Source of the DNA: Ascidiella aspersa
Lineage: Eukaryota
Assembly: GCA_963924565.1 (NCBI GenBank)
Contig: OZ004609.1
Span: 26,350,001-26,414,000, forward strand
Reading direction: 5' to 3'
Length of the DNA stretch: 64,000 nt
The position numbers and the translations under genes were made by a program. How positions within the stretch are numbered: the first letter of the stretch is position 1; every line of letters starts with the position of its first letter. The notes beneath the pieces were generated by a model that had not been told where the DNA came from, searched no databases, and saw nothing but the letters and a program-made list of their open reading frames with translations. Positions 11,901 to 23,100 of the stretch are shown here, piece by piece.

Positions 11901-14900
11901 GAAAACTACACTTCTTAACGGTAGAGCAAATTTTGAACTAAAAGCATAGACAAAAAACCTTTTAACATTTAATTTTATCTATTTTGGTTGTTTGAACATA
12001 GCGATGACGTAATTTGGTATCGGTTCGGATCTTGATATTTTGTCAAAAAATATCGGGTATCGGTATCGGAATAAAATGTAAAGTATCCGACATCCCTAGT
12101 TCTTCTTCTATGCTTACACCACAATCATTACAAGTTCGCAAACCCATTTTCGTTCATTGCTGGCCGGGTCATAACGACTTAGCAATTACAATTCCCTTTT
12201 TACGACTACTGCAGTAAAAAAAAACAAGATGCGATTAAAACACAACAGTATTTATATGTGTTTTGGCATTGCTAAAACAAACAGCCCTTATCTGAACGCG
12301 TAACAATCTCACATTTTGAGTAGAAAGGCATTTATTTTAAGGTTATAAACCTTGTTTTATAAAGTTCGGTTGGTCCTTGTCCAGGCTTCGGCTTGCTTTT
12401 ACTGGGATACATTCCAAGACCGAACAGAATACACGCCATTTCAGCTATCGCCCAAACTCCCATCAAGCGCATTTGGAGAAAAAGCCCAACGGGAAAGACG
12501 TAAAGCCACCTGAGAGCCAGTAAAGATATGTAAAAACAGTTTACTTTTACGGCAGCGATTAATTTAATTAAGCAACATTTTCTACACATTAATTAAATTA
12601 TTCACCGGCCTATTTGCTTATTAAACATAATTATCATGGCACAAGCAATTGGATTATTTTTACCTGATATAGACAGGGTCCGATTGAACAGACTCGCGTA
12701 CGAAGTAATCGGTGTCAAAAAGAAACGAAATTGACAACATAATTACCCCAAACATTGTGACTAGAGCCGACTTACGGACCAGTAGGGCTTTAACTGGCCT
12801 GTATTGTTCCTTGAACATGTCTTCAAAGGTTTTATACTTGTAAATGGGTCCTGTGCAAAATTGAAAAACCTCGGTTTGGCTTTATATTATAGAGACCTCG
12901 TTTTGATGTGAGTCTGCCGTGTTTCATGTTAAGCTATATGCATTTGGGATAGTGTTTTTTAAATTAAGTAGTTGGACGCACACTTATAAAATAAAGCAAA
13001 ATCGCGGCACACGCTTTTACCAAAACAAGAATAACTTGTCAATCGCGCTTAATAAACGACATGGAACTAGGTAAATATCTTGACATTGTTAAATCTTTTG
13101 ATGAATAGTGGCATTGAGGTCTCGAACTGCAACAGGCAAAATTTCTGAAATCACTTGAAAGTTTTAATTCCAAGTAAGACCATGAGTTTTGTTACGACGA
13201 AATATACTTTTAATTGCAACGCAACTTGGTAGTCCTTATATCGTCAAATGTCGTTGGTGCCATTAGGACCGCGGAGGCGGACTCGGGACTCGATAGAGTC
13301 GGTTTGATTTGCTGAGTCGGAATAGAGTAAGATCACGTAAAACTACCCGAGTCCGACGTGCGCATGGTCAGTATCAAATTTAAAAATCTATATTGCCGTT
13401 AACTGTAAATTGTAATGGTTGGATAGCAAATTATGGATATTTTTCGACCATTCATTGTGAGTGGAATAATTTTGTGGCACTATTTATGAGGGGATTGATA
13501 AAAATCCACCTTATTTTATTTACTTAAATTACTAAAAATGCTGTAGAGTCGGAGCCGAACTCGAAACTCAACGAAATCAGCATTTAGCCGGAGCCGGGTT
13601 TATTTTTTTGGCAGGGGTCGGACTCGAGAGTTGAACTCGGGCTATTTTCACCCGACTTCGCAGCCCTGGTCGCCATCACAGTAAGGCTAATAAATAAAAA
13701 ATTTCAATAGAAAAACCTGTAAATAAAGCTGGAAGACACGTCATGTAACAAATAATATCCATAGTGTCCGGCTCTTTGTCCAACGCCAGCACTCCCAACC
13801 AACGTCCGCCTGTCACCTCATTTGCTTTTCCCGCTTGGACGGATATCTTTCTCTTTCGAAAGTCGAACACTTCGTAAGCAACAACTATGACCTAAAAGGA
13901 ACAAAAGCCTCTTTTGTGCGCTGTTTTGGTTTCACACCAATTAAGCTGTCACGTAGTAGTTTGGTCGACCGGTAACGACGTGCCGTGTATCCGTTTTATT
14001 GCAGTTGAAATTGTACTGTGTTGCCACACAATCACCACGCACTAATTGCCCATTCAGGTTTGTTAAGGTCCGTTGTAAGCCGAGGGCAAAATGTGTGCCG
14101 CAGTAATACATATTTTGTTGCAAAGTTCAAATTTAAAGAACCACCACGCACTAATTGCCCATTCAGGTTTGTAAAGGTCCGTTGTAAAGCGAATGCAAAA
14201 TGTGTGTGCCGCAGTAATACATGTGTGTAATACATGTCTGTTGCAAAGTTTAACACTTTAAAGATATAAAATCATATATTAGGTCTTACGAGATATCAAA
14301 TAAATTATAAACTCGTTTTGAAATCTCATTATTTTGTTGAAATGTGTTATTTACTCTTTTCTAATTCGTTTCCGGGTGCGCAACTGTGCGCTACCCTATA
14401 CCAGTGGTCCGTCACCCAAATGCTGTCTTTAACTGCTAAAAAAGAGTATTCAGCCTTCCTAATAATCCAGTTTTGCGGGTTATTTGAATACAAATTATTA
14501 GGCCATTATAAATTTGAACTTTTAATCGATTCATTTACAGTTTTTAAAAGGGTACAACACTAAAAAGTCAAAGAGTCTTTCCACACACGAACCTTTAGTG
14601 TGGCGACGAGCATCAGGGCATTAGCGAGTGCAAAGTTGTTGCTTGGAAGTCCAAGACGATCGGCTGAACAAAAGACGAGGCGCCACGCGAATGCAAATGC
14701 GAACACATAGCGTGGGTTCTCTCTGCGAATAACACAGTTTAAAACGACCGGGATCGTGGTTATAGGAGTACTGGACTTTTGGCAGCCTTATGAAATCCCT
14801 ATTCCACCGTTCACCTAACCCAGTGCTTCCCAAACTTTTCTTTACTACTAGCGTATGTATACTGAAATAGGTAATGCTAAACAACGTATCTAATTTTTAT

Positions 14901-15415
14901 CTATTTGTGGTATTGATGCATAAATGTTACGTAATGGCAATGCAATAATTTCCCGATGTAATAGAAAACTGTAACATTTAGAGATGCTTCGCGACCCACC
15001 TGAAATAGCCTCGCGACCCACTGGTTGAGAAGCACTGACCTAACCGATCCTAGAAGTTAATGTTCTCAGTGAATTTTCTTAAGGCGTCATTTGAGCAGAT
15101 GAAACAGAGTTTTTTATGTTTTAAAAACGCTGAAACTAAAATTTAATGCTGCAGCGAAATTTAAAACAAAACTAAGAACATTTATTATATTACTTTTCAT
15201 ATGCAGACGTACGTGGTCTTTATGATGAGACATCCTCCCCCAACCAAGACTGCTAAATAGAATGCGTCCAATCCGCAGCAGACAACTATCAGCGCGATTC
15301 CCAAGGCTGACAAGAGATGCTTTTTCCTCCATTTAATCCTGAAATATCTGAAAGCGCAGCCAACCAGAAAACTGCCCACTATGTGCAAAATGTGATAATG
15401 CACCGTTGTCGCCAT
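8944..15415 (-). CDS. MBOAT7: MBOAT7/LPIAT1-like acyltransferase, paralog B (8 exons)
   Basis: Exons at approximately 15415-15213, 14722-14593, 13891-13717, 12849-12664, 12508-12350, 11604-11400, 10242-10079 and 9163-8944, with the same intron positions and phases as paralog A. Motifs GPIYKYKTF, GLGMYP..KPGQGPT, WNSTVQWWM and ALWHG are present. Confidence 0.9.
10429..11038. mobile_element. Non-autonomous hAT-like element containing a nested CAGTG-type MITE (~10503-10912)
   Basis: Imperfect TIRs tggggcgattatgttttgac / gtcaaaaaataatcccccta with flanks gttattcc/gttatcac (degenerate 8-bp TSD). The inner element has gtgtttctcaacc...ggttgagaaccactg ends. Confidence 0.6.
11119..11378. mobile_element. 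hAT MITE
   Basis: TIRs cagtggttcttaacc / ggttaagaaccactg with internal ggggttcgac subrepeats; TSD degenerate. Confidence 0.8.
11743..12098. mobile_element. hAT-like MITE (TAGGGATGTC-type ends)
   Basis: agggatgtccgata ... tatccgacatcccta inverted ends with internal ccgata/tatcgg subrepeats. Confidence 0.7.
13265..13668. mobile_element. hAT-like MITE with GAGTCGG subterminal repeats
   Basis: Degenerate TIRs taggaccgcggaggcgg / ccgacttcgcagccctg; flanks ggtgccat/gtcgccat. Confidence 0.6.
14033..14264. repeat. Tandem duplication, ~109-bp unit, 2 copies (MBOAT7-B intron 2)
   Basis: caccacgcactaattgcccattcaggtttgt...gccgcagtaataca...tgttgcaaagt starts at 14033 and again at 14142. Confidence 0.9.
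14821..15037. mobile_element. hAT (Charlie-type) MITE
   Basis: TIRs cagtgcttcccaa / ttgagaagcactg with a perfect 8-bp TSD acctaacc. Confidence 0.92.
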
Positions 15416-17181
15416 AACAACCTTGCTATGTTAAAAAATAAATAGACTTTTCGTTCCAATGAAAACCAGCATTTTACCGCCTTGGTAGGACCTTGAATAT
15501 ACGCTTAAAAAATGTTGGTAATACTATCTACGTTTTCTTAGTCTGCTGATGGGTTTGAATAAAACAGTGCCTAAACGTGGTATTTTACAATTTTCCTCTA
15601 ATACAATTAACCCCGCGTGTTCTCTGTTACGCCAGCAAAATTTCCCTTTACTCTGGTTTATTCTAGCTTTAAATGCTTTAAATCCTTGAAACAGATCAAA
15701 TGTGTCGCTCTCCTGTTCCCACTGAATAATCAATAGTAACTTGGCCACTAAAAGCGCGTAAAACGATTCGAAAAGCACGATAAACTAACCAACCGTGCAG
15801 CCTTAATGGCGACATGCGGCTTATTCGACAGTGGGTTGGCTGTGATTAATTACAATGATCTCGCATTGTTTACGTTCTTTGTTAACTGTGCAGTCTTTTG
15901 TCATGCTGTGTTCACAATATCGGACGCTTCTAGATCAAACCATACAGTTTATGTCAGCCATTTTTGGACGAATGACTGCGCACAATCACAGATAACGAAC
16001 GGAAACCGCTTCATCACGACCGCAGATCGCATCAGTAATATCACAAGTGCCGGTTTGTTGGAACTTATAACTAAATTAAATGGACTACGTAACGACGAAC
16101 GCAAAAAGAAAACCAAGATGGTAATTTTCTAACAATTTTTTTCAAATAAAATTAGGCTAAAGAGTATTATAGACTGCTAAAAACATTTGTCGTTGTCCCC
16201 GTCTTTTCTTGGTCCCGAAACTTACCTTAGGCGGATCATTGTGCCACATAGCTGCACCATATATTATGTAAACATAGCACCAGGTTAATTTCAACTCACT
16301 GTAAATTGTTTTCTTCTTGATTGTGGTTTGTTTATTTCTTAGACGACTGTAATTTTTTTATATCGCATATGTGGATTGTTTGTTAATGAGTATAGAGAAA
16401 TAAATACCAATGGAAATGCGCCAAAGCTTTTTTATTCTAAGTTAGACAGCCACTTATCGTAAAACGTTGAAAGTTAATTTTAACCACATGACATATCGAT
16501 ATCAAAGTACGGTAACTTTACCAAGATTTCACGATAACAGGGTGGAGATTTACACGTTATAAATCTTATACTATTGGTGTTGGTGGAAAATTAAATGCTC
16601 ATGGGTTTTACTTTTATTTCCACCTTTTTCACATGATTCTGAAATTTCACTCCATTTCTAACAAATTTTCACCACAAGATGGATTATTACAACCTCCAAA
16701 TTTTACAGTGATATTGGAAACTAGAGCAAAGTAGTGTTTAGTTTTAGGATACTCAGCTGTCGAGATAATTCGCTCGAAATCAAAAAATCAACTGACTATG
16801 AATTGTAAGCACAAATTTGACCCAATGCATTAGGCGTTTCAGGTTCCAAAGTGTTAACATCGCTACGTTTACCGCAATTAAAAGGGGCACACCTGCTCGA
16901 CATTGTGGTTACTGTAATTGCTCTTTTGTTGGAATTTCCGCTCCGTTGAATTGTCGCAATAGAAAATGGCCGTTGCCTGTTCCCAACGCAGTTTAAATAC
17001 ACGTTCTTCTTGTGACCCGCTCGCCGTTTTGAAAACCCTGGGTAAAAGGCCTGTTCATTAAAATTCATAAACCGTTATAAGTGTTTGTTTGCGTTTCGCG
17101 CCGACGTATATTGGTGGTTCTCGGGTGGCAACGAACTTGCATAGCTTTCGAAAGAGATCTTCTTGATTTTAAATTGAAGGT

Positions 17182-20100
17182 ATGGATATTTTTACCTGGG
17201 TTTTATGTTTGATCGCCAGCCACGGTGTTCGCCTATCAGAGGCGGGAAAAGGCGGCGGCAAGACTGCTTCAAAAGTCGGCTTGGCAGCTATTTCCCAGGT
17301 GTGTTGTTGTTGGATTTTTTGTCGAATTAGTCATTTCTGTTGCGGTCAAATGACCGGATTTCGGTTCGGCCAATTGTTGGATAGCGGAGAATTGTGGAGG
17401 TCATGTTTTTGCAAAATTTTTAGGCTACATATGAATAACTCGTAAAACAAATTCAGTGAAAAATATAAGCGGTTATAATTCTATAATTATGGTTTCCAAA
17501 AGAGACATTTTTGATTAACATTATGCCTGCTAGCAACAGTTTATATAATTTGAGCGGTTTTAAAATGTGAGAAACAGACAGGGATTTGTTTGGGTCGGGC
17601 GTTTTTCGTCAAAAATCGTAATAATAACACACACAAACATTCAAAAAAGGATTGCCGCTTTGCTGTAATGATCCAGGATGTATATTGACTAAAACTTGTA
17701 CAATGAAATACGTAATAAGGCAGTGCTTCCCAACCGTTTTCAGTTCGCGACCCACTTTAAATGCAAGTTTTATTGTTGCTATACCCACAATAAGATATTA
17801 CCAAACGAAAAAAGTTACATAAAACCTTCGACGTTACTACTGGCATACTCTCTGAAATAGTTATTGCGAAACAACGCGATTGTTAAGTATTTGTAATATT
17901 GTTGCATAGATGTACCGCTAGATAATACAATAATTTCCCGTTCTTATAGAAAACGGTAACCGTTAAAATGATTCGCGACCCACCAGTTGGTCACAACCCA
18001 CAGATCGGTAAGCACTGTTATAAGGCACTGGTTATTTGCTTGCGCGACATTGGGCTATTTTAATAAAGTCACTAATTTATTTTTGTTTATTTTTATTTCG
18101 TTGTGTAATCTGGCTAACTATTTTGTGCTGTGAAGGTTGTAGGCCTATAGAGGTCAATACATATAGTGTCTAAATTAGCAGATAAACGCAAACTAACATG
18201 TTATTTGTCGTTATATATTAATTTTTTCAGACCGGTGGTGGGTCGAATAGTGGAGGAGCTTCAGCAGTCTTCAACGCAGAACAAAACAGTCGCGGCAGCA
18301 ATGGCTCCCTGATGCTAGGCAACGTCATCGCCAGATTAAAACACCAACTTTTTTACATCAACGGTAATTTAAGGTGTTGGTTTTATAAGTATGTTTACCA
18401 CGATATCCTGCATGCGTTGCCGAGTTTTATATTATTAGTATTATCCACATTGAAATAAAGACATATTTAAAGACCTGAGTTGAAAAAACTATAACAATGT
18501 CACAAAAGACAACTTAGGAGATAAATTGAATTGTAGATTTGTAAACCTGTTTCAAATCATGTTTTTAACGAGATTGTTTTATAAGTTATTGAAATGATGA
18601 TTCGTGTACTTGACTCGGAGAGGGAACTCGCTTATGTTGACAAAACTGTTTTCGTTTATTTAACACTACACATGAAAATTAACATCGACTTAAGTATTTT
18701 GTAACGAAATGTTTGATTTAAGTTGGTTGTTTTACCTAAATTGGAGCATTCGGTGGAATTTGGTGGTGAGATACCCGAATACAGTAGTAGTTTATTCAGA
18801 TACATTTTTGCACTAAGACATTCGCTAACAACCAAACAACTCGTATCTGGTAAAATCTTCATTTTTTTTTAAGTGTTTTGTAAACTCATGTCTTCATATG
18901 TTCTTTATGAGTCCGGTCTTTTTAAAAAAATACATAAGTAGCCTACATTTTGTTAAACTTGACCTATTGTTTATTGAATACGTGTAATATAATTTGGAAT
19001 ATTGACATCTCATTGTTGCATCATTTTGCTACAGGTTATGACAAATCGGTCAGACCGGTGAGAAATCACAGCGAAAGTATCAAGTTGTCGGTGGACGTTT
19101 CATATATACAGGTATACGTTAAAATAACTTTGTTAAACAGCACCAAACAGGTTCTCTGGCCCCTTTTGGTGTAGAAGGGGGGGGGGGGGACTTTTGAATA
19201 GCTTAGTGTTATCATGTGGTTGTGGGCCGATTTTAATTATAGCCGTACATTCATTGTACTTTATTTTAAAAGTTGGTATGGCATAGAATTAAAAAAAAGG
19301 CCCACGTACCTGTCAAACTATTTTTTTGCCAACTTTAACTACATATGTAAACAAATTTTTTTCGCGCTTCGCGCTTATATCCTTCATTTTATAGTAGCGG
19401 TATGTTTTACCTTATTGTATGGCAGTGTTTTGGGCATCAAAGCGCCGTGTAATATTTAACCTTAGAATCAAATATCCTAATTCCGCCACTTTTTCGTAGT
19501 GGTTACGTAGTGGGCCTTCAATAGCTCTCTGAAAAGAGTATTTTGGGCCGCGACAAAAAAGTTTGCTGTCCACTGGTCTACGCGAACTAAATTATTTTTT
19601 AGGAGTCCGCGTTGAAAAAAATTTCTTTTATTTTAAAAGGTTTTGCGTCTCAACGAAAAGGACCAGATTCTCAAGAGCTTGTTGCGATATCGGTTGTCGT
19701 GGAAGGACGAATACCTCACGTGGAATCCCGCCGATTATGCAGGCATCACGTCCCGTAAGTTGTGGCCTTCCTGGATATTTATTTGCTTTGATAGAAAGCG
19801 AAGTCCATAACGAGCGTAACGTATATCAAGTATGAGGACAGTGGTCTAAAGTTTAGCTTAAACAGCTTCAAACGTATTTTGGGACTAGAAATACATCGTC
19901 GTCACGCAAATAAGCGTATTCCACGCAGCGGTATTCTTCATAGCGCCAATTAGGGTTCCTCTTTTTCCCGGATTTTTTCACTCCCGGGAAACGGGATTGA
20001 AAAATAAAAAAGCGGCTAATAAAGCAACTCAGGCAACGACTTTAATAGGTTTGGTAATATTTTTTTTCTTTATATTAGTCAAAAATGACATTTTTTTTTA

Positions 20101-23100
20101 AGTTTTGCTTTGTTGCCGAATAACCGGGATTGTAAAAAAAATTTCCCGGGATTCGGGATCGTTATTTCGCGGAAAATTCCCGGAGAGGAACCCTAGCGCC
20201 AATAAATCTAATATGAAAAAGTGCAAATCTAATATGAAAAGAAAAGTGCTGCACTGTTTAAGACTTTAATTGTTCATAAATTTGGCAGTATATGCCGGAC
20301 AGATTAGTTTAAACTGTGAACGAGGCAGTAAAAGAATCACATCACAACCGTTCATACTTTACTTAAACAAAAATAACAAATCGCTAAACTCAGCTATTTT
20401 AAGAACCTCGATTCTGGTAAAATGGTCACGAGAGGGCAAATGTGTAAGTCTTCTGATAGTTTCGCGTATAATGAGCCATTGTGCGTGGTCTAAAAGTTCA
20501 ATCCCTAACCGCTAAGACCCGTGCCGTTCGTTTACCGCAGTGCGCGTGCCATCGAACATCCTTTGGATTCCCGACGTGGTCTGCTACGAGGAGATCGGCG
20601 TGAAGGATTACACTCCGCGCATTCCCTACATCGAAATCGCCAGCGACGGCCTTGTTCGCTACTTCGAGCCCACCGCTTTGGAAACGACGTGCAGCGTCAA
20701 CATAGCCATGTTCCCCTTCGATTATCAGGTATACGTTCGGGTCGAGTCGGTCAAAAAATTATCGTGTATATTGCTAACAGATTAATTTTTCTTAAATTAA
20801 AAATTATACAATTTATCTTTTATATGCACTTCACGATTAATAGTAAAACATTAAATCTATTTCCCAGTCAAAATCCTTTGGTCTTCGCTTATAGTTTTAC
20901 GACATAATTACCCTTGAATCGAAAGTGCTGTGGTGCACCAGGGAAAACAAAAACACGAGTTTCGCACGTTCATTCAACTGCTTTACGACTCGCTGTATAA
21001 CTAACGATGTAAATTTTAATGAGCACAAGTCTTTCAGGCATTTTGCTTTTCTCTCAAGCGTTTGCGTCTCCTGTAACATTTGGTGAGTATTGGATATATG
21101 GCGGCGCAGGGGTGGATCCACGATTTTAGTTTAATCCGAGGCCCAAATTCTTTTTCCGATATAACGTGACGATTTACGTCATAATCTTGAAAATGTATAG
21201 GGTGTAAGTTAATCATGACTAAACTTGATTCCCCTTGTATCTACAAATCGGCTTTTGAATATTGCAAATGGCCTTACAACAGTTTTTGCCTCGACTGTTA
21301 TAAACTAAACGTTTACACGACAGCCATTAAAAAACTACGTTTGTTAACGCGTTTCAGACTTGCAAGATGACGTTCACGCCGTGGACCTTTCCAACTTCGA
21401 AAGTCGACATCCAAGCAACGCGCGGCCGAGACGAAATGCTGCAGGACATCGCCGTTTACTTCGTCAACACAGGCGAGTGGTTCTTGGACGACACTCACAT
21501 CAAAAAAACGGTAAAAATATTTAGGGACTCCAAACAAATAGGCGGTCATGTCATCTTTTTAGGGAGTATAAGTCGCTATGCATTCGTCCACTGAACAGAG
21601 TTTCGACACACATGATTATTATTTTAGAAACAGGCAGACATTTAGCTGCCGATAGGAATAGAATTGTAATGATGTCACGATTTCGAAATTGGTTGCCACT
21701 TCGTATTTTATTCCAATAGAGATACGCATCAAAAGAGACGTCTGACCTATTACACTAACATCATTATCACAGTTAAAAATCAAACGTAGTATGTTGACAC
21801 GTACTAGATCATCTTAGGCTACGAAGCCATAATTTATTGGGCGTAAAAAGGTTTAGCTACCTTTCGTCTATAACTTCGTATTTTAAGTTTTAAGAGATGA
21901 CCTCATAAATTTACGTCACAATATAAATAGACTTTTGAAATTTACTGTTTCCGGTCCAAAAATGTGAAAGTGAAATAGAGCTTAAATACATTATGTGCAA
22001 ACATGTTTTGGTTTTGATCTATTTTCTTTAAAAAAATTATTATACTTTATAACTATATGCTAACATTTCAATCAGGACTTCATTGACCACCTAAAACTAG
22101 TTCACGTACCCCCAAGGGTCCATGGACCCCAGTTAATAAAACCCTGGTTTAATCGGATGTACTTTCACCTTGACAGTCGCAAAGCTACGTGGCGCTGCTC
22201 GCCACTCATGAGGAAGAAGACGAAGATGAACACGCTGACCACGAGGACGTGGAGACCATCCTGGAGCAGAAGTTCTTCCACATGGACCCACAGAAGAGGG
22301 TCGACGAAATAGCGCCCGGCCGCCTCACCGACTTGCATTGGTTTGTTGTTACACTTTAAAATCTACTTTCATAAAGACTGAAAAGAATTGAATCAAAACT
22401 ATACTGTTTCATCGAGCGTAAAAATAATTAGAAATATGTGGGTAACAGTACAATTTCCGTAAAGTCCGGTTTGACAGTGACTCAGGTCCTGTATTGATAG
22501 TTTTTTATGGTATTTACTTTTAATCAATACTTAAAACCCCTTTTTAAAATTATTACTGTTTTCTTTCGCAGGTCGGAGGTTCAATACAAATTCACATTCC
22601 GCCGCAACTCTTCGCTTTACATGCAGGTTTATATTTTTTATTATTCCCAAATAAGTGTTATTAGCGTAGCAAATGTAATTTTGAAGTGTCAATGAAAGGT
22701 TTCCTGACTCGCCTGAAAGATAATCTTAAAACGTAGTTTTACAAAAACTTAAATACAAATACATGATTTTGTCCCGCAGAGCATGGTTTTTCCGGCGCTT
22801 CTCCTAATGACGATATCCCTCCTGGGATTTTACCTTCCCCCAGACAGCGGAGAGAGGATTGGCCTTCAGATTACCATCATGTTAACGTTCATGGTATGCA
22901 ATATGAAACGCCCCTTTGTCATTACTTAATGTAAATTTAGAGGTTGTACAATGCACATTCTGAAGATGCAGGACGAAACCGTTATACAGTTTGGTCTGAC
23001 TCCTTGTTGCTTGTACCTATCAGCATGCGAAACATATTATAGTCTATACAGCGTCGAATCAGCTTTTTTAGATTGCCTTGCTCGTTAAAATCGATATTCT

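Noticed and set aside
14033-14264. CRISPR-like or functional repeat array
   Set aside because: Only two adjacent copies without spacers in a eukaryotic intron; a simple tandem duplication.
15806-16132. 108-aa ORF or an ATG-bearing first exon for the receptor
   Set aside because: No recognisable motif, and splicing ATG|gt to the acceptor at ~17179 is out of frame with the receptor; at most a 5' UTR exon.
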